Part shown: one piece after another, positions 39,061-51,880 of the stretch
Layout of the letters: the number at the start of each line of letters is the position of its first letter
Numbering within the stretch: the stretch's first letter is position 1
From: Octopus bimaculoides
Taxonomy: Eukaryota
DNA length: 64,000 bases
Direction: 5' to 3'
Assembly (NCBI RefSeq): GCF_001194135.2
Contig: NC_068992.1
Coordinates: 6,575,517 to 6,639,516 of the forward strand
The notes under the pieces: generated by a model
Databases searched by the model: none
What the model saw: the letters and a program-made list of their open reading frames with translations, nothing else
Told to the model about the DNA's origin: nothing
Program-made: the position numbers and the translations under genes

Positions 39061-40318
39061 TACATAAAAAATACATGTTGATACACATTCAGTGTGTGTT
39101 TCGTTCCATTACTTGTTAAATGAAGTCATTTTCACATACATACATACATACATACATACATACATACATACATACATACAAATGCTATTTATTTCGTGTA
39201 TGTATGTATGCATATATCCATGTATGTATATATGAATGTAAACATACGTATATATACATACTTGTATGCATATATCCTTATGTAAAAACACATGCACATG
39301 CTCTCCCGTTGTCTTTTATTTTTAGTTTGTATTTTTACTTCTTATTATTTTTAATCTGACTTTATGTTTTAGTTCTGTCATTAATATTTGGTTAATCTTT
39401 TATTAAATGTGTTTTATATACGAATGTATATAAGTGAGTACTTGCTTGCGTGTAAGAGGATTTATGTGTGATGCTGTGTGTGAATGTGTCTCTTTGTATG
39501 TCCGTGCGTGTAAGATAATTCATATGTGGTGGGCGTGTGTGCATATATGCGTGCGTGACTGTGTATATCTAAAGTGTGCCTGTATTTGTGTTTGTCACTC
39601 TATATGTATCTCCTTGTGTAAGCATGTCTGTTTTCTGTACATGTAACAGCGCACATATATATGAGAGTGAACATATAACAGAGAGAGAGACACAGAGAGA
39701 GAGACACAGAGAGAGAGACACAGAGAGAGTGTGTGTGTGAATATTTGCATGCATCTTCCTTCATTGGTTCAAACATTTTTATTATTGATCTTGGAGTTGT
39801 ACAGTGTAGATTTTGCTGTCTCTCCGTTTTATCCATACAAATTCTGGGCATCTTGACAAAATACATGTACCTCGGCATGATATTTACAACCTATTATGAC
39901 CTGCGCTTCATTTATTTCATGTTAGCGTATACAGATCTGTCTCGAATTAAATATTATTTAGATTTGTTTTTGCCTTAGACCAGAAACCTTGATTTTTTTC
40001 ATAAAAATCTATATCTATTTATTTATTTATTTATTTATTTGCTTGTTTGTTTGTGTGTTCGTTACTGATGTTCGGGAACACATTTGCCGGTTTGAATGTT
40101 TTCCGTTTCCAATAAGTATTTTTCTTCTTTTTTTTCTTTTCGATCTGTGCGCGTATATTCTGTTTAGTTTCCTGCCCAAATTTCTTATTTTTCCTTTCCG
40201 GTAATATTTCAGTCTGTTTTTCAGTTGACTCTCTGCTGTTTTTAGTTTCCTGTATAATTACAGTGCCATTTTTCCATAACATGTGATGTGTGTGCGTGTC
40301 TGTGTGCAAGAGTGTGTA

Positions 40319-40405
<87 letters not shown>

Positions 40406-43400
40406 GTATATACATACAAATGCACACACACACACACACACACACATATTCATGTTATATATATTTACACATACATCGCTATCATGAGCCAAGTATTTTC
40501 ACTTTTATTTTTGTTAATGAGAAGTTTATACGGTACGTAGACAAATAGAATATAATGATGAACAACAAAAGAATAATAGAAAAGAAAAAAATCGAGCAGG
40601 CGCTACGTGCAAGTCGAATTCAGAATCAGTACGAAAACGCTCGATGTATTTTTGTTATTGTTCACTTCTAGATCGTATCTGATCGAACAAACTTATGATC
40701 AAAAGACGTTTCAGACATAGTATAATTAAAGCGACATTATCGAATATGTACTTCTTTCCTGAAGTCGACAGAATATTATCTATTAAAGATCTGGCTGGTG
40801 TTTGCATCATGTCGAGCGTCAATGTACAGGCTCCTTCGGCAGGGTGTCAGAAAGCCACGAGTACCCACTTTTCGTTTTGAATAAATCATACAAAATATGG
40901 TAAACAACAATAGATTTGTCAAACGTTTGGTAAGGTGTCTCGGCACGTTGATTCCACTTATCCGATTTGTTGCAAAATGACAATATACATATGTATTTAA
41001 TGTATTCAAAAGAGAAATTAAAGGATGATGGGTTTGGATAGCAGCAAATAATTCTTGGTAAATATGAAGATTCGGAACCTAGCTTTGAAATTTTTGTTAT
41101 CATCCGAAGTCTGAACTTTTCAAATGTGACATGAATCATCCAGTTTCTTGACTGTATCATGTTATGGCTGTGCTTCCTCGTTAGTATCTACTTATGAAAT
41201 GGGAAATGTAAATCGACATTGTCGCACGAGATCATACATGCCTGTCAGTAAAATATTTGATTATAAAACGTCGTATTCCCAAATATTTACAAGGTTATTT
41301 ACAAGATTTGTTATCAAGATTCGAAATACGCTTCTTTTTAATACGCACAAACAATACTGATATATTCTGGGATGTCTCCGTTCAGAAGGGTACGTACAGT
41401 GAGATGCATATACTGTCGTCGAAATTTTCCATACAAGAATATGACTTATTCATTGTTGGAAAAGTTTATAATGTTTTCTAATATTTTTCAATATGTGAGA
41501 ACAACTTTGACGGAAGTAGAAAGAAAGCCTACCACCCTCAACACTCATGGAAATGGGGGAAGTAAACAGCTACCGCCTGGGGCGGATGCAAGGTAGGCAA
41601 AATGGAAATGCCTTAGTTTACTAAGAAATGGAGTTGGCAAAGTCAAGGTGACACTGAACAAAGAAACAGCTGCTTCAACAATACCGTGACTGTGGCATAG
41701 AGCCAGAAACATCTGTTGAATTGCTTTTGCTGAACTTCTGTTGACCTTGCACCGTACAACGAACAGACAAATATGCTCAAATATCACTGGACTCGATAAG
41801 AAAAAGAATGTCAGGCTGCTTTACCTCGAAACCTTCACTTTCCCCATGCTACTCTTGTGTTCTATATCTTTTAATCACATGAGTAGTGTAAGTTTTTCAT
41901 GTTGATTATTGTGTTACTATTCTTTTTTCATCAAATTCGCTTCTAATGACTTGCTAGGACTTGCTTCAATTCGATTCCATGCATCAAATCTATCGGTTAT
42001 CATTTAAATAAAAATCATCTGTTATAGAAAACACTTATCCACGATGTCACACATACTTTAGTATCGAAACAGGGACCAAATGGCTGAGGAACAAATTTTC
42101 TACCTGTATGACCAACCACATGTCCACGCATGCACCCTTCCTATCCTGTGAGCTTTCTACACTATTGATCGACCTATTAAGAGTAGCAGCCATATCTGTC
42201 TAAATGATAACACCTTGCTAAACAGCAGCAAGAACAACCAGTTGTTATTCGCCAAGCGGGTACTTCTCAGACGATGAACTGGTGTCCTGTATGTCACGTC
42301 GTCTTTACAACTTCCTATATTTTATTCATTTTTCTATTTAATTTGTGGAATGAGAATTTCGCACAAAATTTTTTGGCTTTTTCTTTTTTTTAACACCGAC
42401 CACCATTTAATTTTGTAGACAACCCAACTTAGCTATTTCTTTATTATTTTTAATAGTTGATACTTACGCGTGTATTGCAGATTAATTAAGTAAATTTCTG
42501 AAGGAAATCTTATGCCATTTCGGAATTATTGATTTTACACCTTGCGAGACGTAATTCTGTTAAGTAACCATACTGAGAAAATCATGATTACTCTAGGCGA
42601 CGCTCTATGTTACGTTCTTTGGTTTAAAAAATATGTAGTTTAGAGAGTTGATAATTAGGAAATTTGCTGCGATCCCCCATCGCCACACGCCCAGCGTTTC
42701 CCATTAATCACTAATGCTCCTTTAGAAATAGCAATAACATTATTGCAGCTTTTTTTTTTAATAATGTAGCCAGAGTTATACAAGTTATCATCGTTCTCCG
42801 TATCACTGGAAATTCTTCGCTAGTCTTGCTATCATCACCACAACTACCACTCCTAATCGAATGACTGCAATCAGTTACAGGTCGTCATAAATATATCTTC
42901 CATCTTCTACAGATATATTTATACATTAATACTCACACGCACGCAAACATGCGTTTATATGTATGCAAACACACACCTACACACAAACACACACACATAT
43001 GCTTAAATACATGCTACATAAGTATGTTGAAGCAGAAATAAGGTACCATTATAGATGGGATTCCGTGTGTATGTGTATAGGATGTGTATGTTATCTTTTA
43101 GCTTTTCATTTTCTTGTAAAACGTAACAACTAAAAATGAATCGTTTTCCAGATTCGTGTTTATTAAGAAAACCGGTTAATGGGCATATTTATATCAACGC
43201 TTATCAACGTTATATTGCTGACTTGGCACGAAGTATACGATGATAAAACATAACTATATGACATTTCGATTTTTTTTTTCCATCATTCCCTCCTCCACCT
43301 CCCCTCTTTCACTCTCCATCTGTCTTGTAAAATATTAAACTGTAAAGATTTGCTACATATATTTCAGCATTGATAGCATATTGACGAAAACAATGTATGA

Positions 43401-43441
43401 AATGCTAGCGCCTTAGATAAGAAATAATAATATTAATACTC

Positions 43442-43540
43442 ATGATGATCACAACAACGATGATGATGATGATGATGATGATGATGGTGATGACGATGGT
43501 GGTGATGATGGTGGTGATGGTGATGATGATGACGATAGTA
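43442..43540. repeat. (GAT/GGT)n trinucleotide microsatellite
   Basis: Directly visible. It explains the poly-Met ORF 43442-43678. Confidence 0.95.
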
Positions 43541-43551
43541 TTAATAATATT

Positions 43552-43865
43552 GATAATAATCCTTTCTACTGGAAGCGCAAGGCCTGAAATTTTGGGGAAG
43601 CGATTAAGTCAAATATATCGAATCCACTGCGTAACTGATAATAGTAATGATCCTTTCTATTATAGGCACAAGGCCTGAAATTTGTGGGGGTGGGGTGGTA
43701 AATCGATCACATCGACCCCCAATACTTGACTGGTACTTAATTTATCAACCCCGAAAGGATGAAAGGCAAAGTCAACCTTGGCAGAATTTGAACTCAGAAC
43801 CTAGCGACGGGCGAAATACTGCTTAGTATTTCGCTCAGCATGCTAACGGTTCTGCCAGTTCGCCT
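43552..43865 (-). mobile_element. SINE family A, full length (43645-43865) plus a duplicated 3' end (43552-43640)
   Basis: Reverse complement GGCGAACTGGCAGAACCGTTAGC...TTCTGAGTTCAAATTCTGCCAAGG...TTTCATCCTTTCGGGGTTGATAAATTAAGTACCAGTC...GGCCTTGTGCC. CCTTTCTA...CAAGGCCTGAAATTT occurs twice. Confidence 0.88.
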
Positions 43866-43867
43866 TT

Positions 43868-43877
43868 GATGATGATG

Positions 43878-43966
<89 letters not shown>
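43868..43966. repeat. (GAT)n/(AAT)n microsatellite
   Basis: Directly visible. It explains the poly-Tyr ORF 43794-44000. Confidence 0.97.
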
Positions 43967-44759
43967 CTTTTAAATAAGGGAAAGCAAAGTAAATATGCAA
44001 TATAGTGGTGCTTATTTTAACATCAGCATTTTCTCTTTTTAAATTAAACCTCTTAACTTATTACTTTTGAAAAGTTTAAAAAAAAAAGCGAAAATTTTAA
44101 TTATAACATTGAAGTAGTTTTCTTTTAGCCTAAATTGTTAAGAGGAAAAGAAAAGGTAAGAAAAGAAGCTTATCAGTTAAAATATTTTAGCTTCCAATCT
44201 GCAAAATTATCAATTTAAACTTTTCACAAAATAATATCAATCAAACTAACAGAAGAGCTTTAAATCGTCAATAGGTTGGATTAGATCTGCTCTGTGCAAA
44301 TGTGAAGGTACTATGTGCTTGCGTGTCTATGCGTGTGGGCGTGTGTGTGTCTGTATGTGTGTGTGTGTGTTTGTATGTGTATACTTATGTATCTGTATAT
44401 ACACACATACATAAATTCATACATACATGGATTCATACATGCATACATACATATATACATACGTACGTACGTCATAAATATATACATACATACATTTTTA
44501 CATACATATATACATACATGGATGCATACATGCATACATGCATACATACATACCTTCTGTTTTAGGAACGAATATTCGCAGTGGCTCATTGGTTGATTAG
44601 CCATGTGGCTCGCGTATTCGCATCTTTCCTGATTTTAATTCCTTCTCATGCATTGTTCGTTTCATGACATGCATATATGTGTGTATATTTGTGTGTGTGT
44701 GTGAGAGGGCCTGTGTGTACATGTGTGTGTGTGTGTGTGTGTGTGTTTGTATATGTATG

Positions 44760-44827
<68 letters not shown>

Positions 44828-45623
44828 CGTGCGCGTGTAAGGATTGTACTTGTGTATGTATATGTGTACATGTTGTATGCAAAAGCTCGCATACGCACGT
44901 AAATATACAGAGAAAGAGAAGGACAACTGGAAAGAGAGGGGAATGGGGTGAGGAAGGGAGAGTAGCATAGATAACCATAAAGAATGAGAATTTACGACTG
45001 CTTCGTCGTAAACGTCAGTAATTTTTGGAGATTCCTGAATCTTCGTTCGTGTATTGTCAATAGCAAACAATGAATCTTCATTCCTGTTTGTACCGTAAAC
45101 CCACCAGGTGGGAACTACGCTCATCTTCTCCCTTTATTGGTAACATCGATTCTTCAATAGCAACATAAAATAAAGAAAAGATAACATAACCTAAAAAATA
45201 TAGAACATTTCTCACCTCTCATAGTGATGTTCCATTCCTCACCTCCTCCTCCTCCTCTTCCTCTTTCTACCCTTTATTCTTTCAACATCCATCAGCTCCG
45301 CTCCACTCTCCTTCGCTATCGGGTACTTCTTCACCGAACTTGATCACTTCCTTGTAGAGTAGAGTTTGCTTCATTGGGGTAGAGTATTGATTCATCTTCT
45401 GAAAAGAAAACAGGCAAACAAATATTAAAAACGGACTCAAAGAAACAGAGAGGGGGAGAGAGAGAAACAGAGAGAGAAGGAAAGATAGAAAGAAAGAAAT
45501 TACTCCTACATCTAATAGCTTTGAGTTCTTTTTATGTTTCTGCAGAAACCAGAAATATCTTAATATCCCTAGAAACTAACTAAATATGTGCTTAGATGTG
45601 TGTACGTGTGTGTGTGTGTGTGT

Positions 45624-45658
<35 letters not shown>

Positions 45659-45820
45659 AGTGAGTGTGTGTGTGTGTGTGTGTGTGTGTTTGTGTGTTTG
45701 TGTGCATAAGGATATAGAGACATATAGGTGCATATATAGATGCATGCATACATACACACACACACACACACAGACGCACACATATAAACATAGACATATA
45801 GCTGCATACATACAAACACG

Positions 45821-45872
<52 letters not shown>

Positions 45873-46133
45873 TATATATACACATATATATATATATACA
45901 TATATATATATCAATAAAAAAATAACCAACTCGCATATGTGTGTGTATGTGTATAACAATAATTATCTATTTATATATTTATAGTTGTATATGTAGGTAC
46001 GTACGCAGATATGTACATATGTACATATATACATACTGACAGACAGTCAGACAGACAAACAGACATACATGTATCTACTCATTCGTATGAACAAAGCACA
46101 CCTAGAAAATACATTATTCATCATTTGAAGAAG

Positions 46134-46184
<51 letters not shown>

Positions 46185-46209
46185 TATTATTATTATTATT
46201 ATTATATTA

Positions 46210-46301
46210 TTAACGACCTGCAAAGTGTATAAACCTTCCCGATACTCAAAGCTTGTTTTGAGAAAATTACAATTAGGATTAATACAATTAGCTGGCGATA
46301 A
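46210..46301 (-). repeat. Diverged inverted copy of the 46577-46668 foldback element
   Basis: TTAACGACCTGCAAAGTGTATAAACC..CCGATACTC..AAAG...TTTGAGAAA...GGATT...TAGCTGG aligns to the reverse complement of 46577-46668. Confidence 0.7.
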
Positions 46302-46576
46302 ATACACACATGCATACACACACATACATGCATGTATGTATGATTGTATGTATGTATGTGTACATGCATGCATGTATATATATATATAGATGTATATACA
46401 CACTTATACATATATGTGTGTGTGTATGTATATATATGTGTGTTTGTGTATGTGTATATGTATGTAAGTATATATGTATACACACACATACATATATACA
46501 TACACACACACACACGTATATATATATATATATATGTGTGTACATTATATTCAAGTGTGTATGAATATATGTATTT

Positions 46577-46668
46577 TTAATGACCAGCTACCCGTTTCAA
46601 TCCACGTGACTTTCTCAAAGCTAACTTTGAGAGTATCGGATGGGTTTAAACAGTTAGCTGGTCATTAA
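46577..46668 (+). repeat. 92-bp foldback (MITE-like) element
   Basis: Perfect 14-bp terminal inverted repeat TTAATGACCAGCTA/TAGCTGGTCATTAA plus an inner 8-bp stem TCTCAAAG/CTTTGAGA. Confidence 0.75.
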
Positions 46669-46816
46669 TAAATTAACACACATACACACGCACACACACT
46701 CACGTGCACACACACACACATATGCATATATATGTGTGCGTGTGTGTGTGTGAATACTTCAAGTATTCAATGCCGTGCACTTTGTCATTTTCTCTACACA
46801 CGCGCAAGTGTATGCA

Positions 46817-47035
46817 GGCTCGTAGCTTAGTGGTTAGGGTGTTGCCTTCGTAACCCTGAGATTGTAGTTCCAATTCCTGTACCGGGTGATACGTTGGGTT
46901 CTTAAGCAAACATTTCATTTCCCGTTGTTCCAGTCCCCTTTTCTGGCAAATATGATTAATTCAGTTTTGGCGATATATACGCCTCAGAATCCGGACAACC
47001 GGTCCCAAGAGACTATGACTGAGGATTTATACATT
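46817..47035 (+). mobile_element. tRNA-derived SINE family D
   Basis: tRNA-like head GCTCGTAGCTTAGTGGTTAGGGTG (A box)...GTTCCAATTCC (B-box-like), then GTTGGGTTCTTAAGCAAAC...TTGTTCCAGTCC, a conserved-central-domain-like block. Confidence 0.7.
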
Positions 47036-47995
47036 ATTACATACTTATATTTAATATTGTTTCCACCTATTACTTCCAGCAGCAAATCACGATAGAGGTT
47101 TCGTGCTCTTTTTTGCAGGTATGATGGGGTGGGGAGCATTCTTTGTTCATTTCGTTTCGCACGTGCATTCTGCTTTTCATAAAGACACGTTCGGGATCAT
47201 TACCATGTTCACGAAAAGTGAGCGAGTTCGAACCCTGCATGCAATCATTGTATTTTCAAAAGAGAGTGGTGTTGTGGGTCAGGGATATCTTCCTGATGTC
47301 AAATTTCCTAGAAATGTGATAAAATCCACATAATCTCAATATCGTATGTGAAATAAATAATCTTTTATAGGGCAACGTTTCTTTTGTAGTTCATTATATA
47401 TATATATATATATATGCATAATGAATACAAATATGTGAAGATATTCTCATATATATGTACATACATACATACATACAAATATATATGTATATACATATAC
47501 ATATATACACACACACATACATACATACCTGCATATATATACATATACACACATATCAACATATGTGCGCGCGCGTCTGTGCGTCTGTTTATTCATGCAT
47601 GCTATCTTGTAAACATGAGTCAAGATCATTGAAAAAAGAAAATTCCCTTAAGTCACTCAATTTTACAGACATTTACATTTTATGGTAACATTGAAACTCT
47701 ATAACAATCGTAGCAACAGTTTCGTGTCTTCAACACTTATCAAGGCTTGCTTTTAAAATTAATGTGTCTTCGTGTGAATGTTCTTCATTTCAATATTCAT
47801 ATACTCGTTGTTGTTCGTGTCTGCTATTGTTTAACATTTTATTCCTTACAACCAATTGTTGTTATGGTTTTTGCTTTTGCGGTGCTTCAAAACTTAGACA
47901 TTTTCTATTGTGCCTATGTTTTTATTTGCTGCAAAATGAATAAGGCTGTCACAATATTTTTGAAGTGTGTTTGTAAATGTATTGTACAATTTCTT

Positions 47996-48056
<61 letters not shown>

Positions 48057-48189
48057 CTGTATTACCATTTTGTATCCAAACACACACACACATATATAAT
48101 CTCTTAAATAAATTCTCCAGGGAACTTTAAAAACATCGCAAGCGCTGTTCTTCCTGTTTTACATAGCGATATAAAAATAACGAACTAAG

Positions 48190-48330
48190 AAAACTGTAAA
48201 TAGTCGCTCGACCACACCCGGTCGTGTTGCAAAGAGGAAAGACCATCTGGAATAATGCGATACTTAATACAATACATTGAAATGAAGGTCGGATGGACAT
48301 GGCTGGTAAATGTTTTCAAAGGTTAACTTT
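48190..48330 (+). mobile_element. SINE-like family B, diverged
   Basis: GTCGCTCGACC...GGATGGACATGGCTGG...ATGTTTTCAAAGG. Confidence 0.4.
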
Positions 48331-48539
48331 ATGAGAACTGTTTTGGTGTTATGTGAATATATAACACTTTGTTTTCAAGGTATACTACGATGAGATATTT
48401 GGTCATACGAGCAACTAAATCCATTTATAATATTAGTCACTGTTGTGTGAGTCCCCCAGACAAAGAAATTGATGTTGACTGTTGTCTCTTTAGAAAAGTA
48501 GTTTTCTACTTCAAATTGCTATAATCTTTAGTTTTTTTG

Positions 48540-48720
48540 TTTTGTGTCCTTATTGAACCCTTATCGAGCAGATCTATGAGCAAATAGCATTCAAAATCGG
48601 ACCGTTCTTTCCATTTTCAACTGGTAAGTGTTCACAAATCAGTCTCTATTTTTTAAAGATGATATGTGGATTTCTTGAAAGAAATTTGGTCTTTATTTCC
48701 AGAAACAGACAACGTATGGT
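48540..48720 (-). mobile_element. SINE-like family B, diverged
   Basis: CCCTTATCGAGCAGATCTATGAGCAAA...TTTAAAGATGATATGTGGATTTC...GAAATTTGGTCTTTATTTCCAG. Confidence 0.5.
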
Positions 48721-49333
48721 CTTCGTTTTTGGTTAGGACTTTGATTGTTCTCAGTTGGCATGCTCTTTTATAATTGTTACCTTCTCTTTAACTGTCCTGT
48801 TTATAATGTGGCTATAGACTTACATTTAGATTACTTTCCACTTAAATAAATGTGAGGTTTTGAAAGCCTGCGAGCCAAAAATGTTCAAAATGTTCATATT
48901 TTGCTTTTCTTCGTGTACACACACACAAACACACACACGCATACACACACACACACATGATGATGTATAGAGACATGCATACATATACACATACATATGC
49001 ATGCATGTACTTCCAAGTTAGGTATTGTGTGTTAAATACGAAAAAAATGGAGTAAAGAGGGAGAACAAAATTCATTTGTACAGTAAGAATTTTATGGTGG
49101 GGATTGGATAAATTCAGCGATGCTTATTGACTTGTAGTTTGATCTTTGACAGCAATCTTCTGTCCGACGATCCCCACCCTTATGAAACTACTAGCTTTTA
49201 TATATGTATATGTATATGTATATATATNNNNNNNNNNNNNNNNNNNNNNNNNNNNNNNNNNNNNNNNNNNNNNNNNNNNNNNNNNNNNNNNNNNNNNNNN
49301 NNNNNNATATATATATGCATATATTTATCAAAG

Positions 49334-49382
<49 letters not shown>

Positions 49383-49463
49383 ATGTGTGTGTACATATGT
49401 GTGTATGCATGTGTGTATGCATGTGTGTATATAACACGAACACATGTATATATATATACACAT

Positions 49464-49846
49464 AATCGAAGTATTATGAAAGTTGTATCAAACTTTCATG
49501 TCTTCCTTCGTAAGATGGAAAAAAATAGCGAAAAACGATGATATTTTGCTAGACAATCAAATTAACGTGATGTCAACGTATGAAAACAATCTGTTTATAA
49601 ACAAGTGAATAAATATTTCCTGAATTTTTGTCTCACAGAAAAAACTTTTAGCAACATTTGTAAAATATATTTGTTTGAATATATTAAAAAATAGACACCA
49701 TCATAAACTATGCTTGTGTGAAGTGTTTCTTTCCAAATGTTGAATAAACTGCAAATTTTCACATTTGAAAAAATTGAATTTTGTTAAAAGATGGTCGAAT
49801 GTTTTTAAATATAAACTTTACTAATCTTTCATGTTGAATATGATTT
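49464..49846. mobile_element. Possible AT-rich MITE with imperfect terminal inverted repeats
   Basis: Left end AATCGAAGTATTATGAAAGTTG versus reverse complement of the right end AATCATATTCAACATGAAAGATTAG; TA at both flanks. The match is weak. Confidence 0.3.
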
Positions 49847-51504
49847 AAAAAATATTAATAATAACTTGCCTTTTGTTGAACTCGTAATATCTTAGCCGAA
49901 GTGTAAACTCCAAAATACTTCTTTTATATTTATGAAATTGCTCTTATTACGGGACTGATTTCTCCTGCTCATTAAAGGGCTGATTTATTTCTTTGTGAAT
50001 GTATTTCTTCCAAAATATTTCTCCTTAGACCATTCAATCAATATATTAATTGAAGACGGCAAATCTAAACTACACACTCACGTTGAGATAATATTTAATG
50101 TGATATCTTGGATGTCAGTCACAATTATTATCAACAAAACTGTACTTTTTGTTGTTGTTTCTTTTTTTTTACTGAATGAAACCATAAAAGGCCATGCTTA
50201 CAGACGACTGGAAAATTTTCTATGAAACATGATTTTATTTATAGAGATGATATGTGTATATTGACACATTAAATTAAGAATTTGTGATGTGATTTTATTT
50301 TTGTTCATTTTTTAACAGGCAATGAAGATAGTCACCAATGTTTACAAAACTGCCAATTTACGATTTATCTCACCTAAACATAGAAAAGAAAATGGGAAAA
50401 AGAAACCACACGTTAGATAATGTAAATATAAACCTCAAGACATTATTTCTGAAAAATAGGTGGTCATGGATAGACCATTTCTCATAGTACAACTCGATCA
50501 TAGCTAGTCTGTGACTAAACAAGAATAACTGCTAATTTATCACTGTTAGCAAAATATATTTATATATGCTTCATATGTATAGGTTAGCATATTTTAGATA
50601 TCTAGTGTAAGTATAGAGTTTAGTACAGAAACCAAATGTTATTACGATCCTTCCCTCTGAACACTACGAAATACTTTATACTTTTAGAAATCAGAAACGT
50701 TCATCTTTCCAAAGCTTTTACTCCAATACCCAATGGAGGGATTTAACTCAGTGAATCATGAACAATGAGATATAAACCAATATACCTCGCTTAAACGTTC
50801 TGATGTCAACATTATGATATACAAAAGAATAATTAATTTGAAGTAGATTATGAATGTACAGTGAGTCATTTGCTGACACGTAATTTCCATTTGAAGTTTC
50901 CGTTAGAGAGTTGTGTTGGACAGCAGAAAAGATATTTGGACAATAATTTTAGATTATGGCGATAATAATATTTCTCAAAGAGAATAATTTACCAACAATC
51001 TAGTACATGATCAACTAGCAGCAGTTTTCTTTTTAATTTTTAGATTGTCGGACGAAATGATGATTTATGATATGTAGTTATGTCTAATTTTTACATAATG
51101 AGTTCAAATTCCCTTGGGGTTAAGTTTATCTTTCATCTTTTCAGGGGTGAATGACATAAGTAGTAACAATTGTTTTCGTGGTTTTTCCAGCCCCGATCTG
51201 CCCTCACTGAGCTGACCTTTGACCACTCCGTTTATTTTTCTGGATTGTGTATCTAGGACTGCATTATATAGTATGTCCTTCCTTTATTGCTTTCTAGTTG
51301 CTTAATCAGTTATTTAGTATTATAACTCGATAAAAGATTTCACCACTGTTTATCATTATTATTGTTTATCATTATTACAAGTTCCTTATCTACATCGATA
51401 ATCGGATGAACCCTTCTTAAGTACTTTTCAGTTCAAATGAGATCCATCTCTTTTAGGTGTAATGCGTCCAGGGCTTAACTGCTCGCAGATCGAGGCCTTC
51501 TATC

Positions 51505-51880
51505 ATGTTTATGACTGTTAAAAAGTTTACTTCGTAAACTTGGGTTCTTGAGTTCAGCCCCAGTATTGGGCACATCAGGCAAGTGTCTTCTACTATAGAC
51601 GCGTAAAGACATTGTGAGTAAAACTGGTAGACGGAAACTATGTGGAAGATCATCGTATATAAGTATGAGAAAAAGAGTGTAAGTAGTGTGTTGGCGTTGG
51701 TTAGCGTGTGTTTTTATGTGTCTCTATGTTTGTCACTGCCTGAAAAACTTAGCGCTTCGATAAATATATATTGCTAAATTAAGTATCAGATTTCAAAATT
51801 AAATATTGAGATCTGTATGAACGACTAAAGGCTCCAGCATGACTGCAGTTTAATTACTGAAACAAGTGAAAGAGAAATTA
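51505..51880 (+). mobile_element. SINE family C, near full length
   Basis: GAGTTCAGCCCC (B-box-like), GGCAAGTGTCTTCTACTATAG, TTGTGAGTAAAACTGGTAGACGGAAACT, AACTTAGCG, CGACTAAAGGCTCCAGCATGACTGCAGT...CTGAAACAAGTGAAAGAG. Confidence 0.8.

Noticed and set aside
39830-39890. B-box-like peptide CKYHAEVHVFCQD on the minus strand
   Set aside because: Lacks the downstream Cys/His ligands and ends in a stop.
41655-41745. CCHC-like YRDCGIEPETSVELLLLNFC, suggesting a LINE C-terminus
   Set aside because: The first Cys and the His are absent, and no adjacent RT homology is visible.
47204-47307. Minus-strand exon-like unit with good splice sites, and the overlapping plus ORF 47103-47333
   Set aside because: All minus frames contain stops, and the plus ORF has no recognisable homology.
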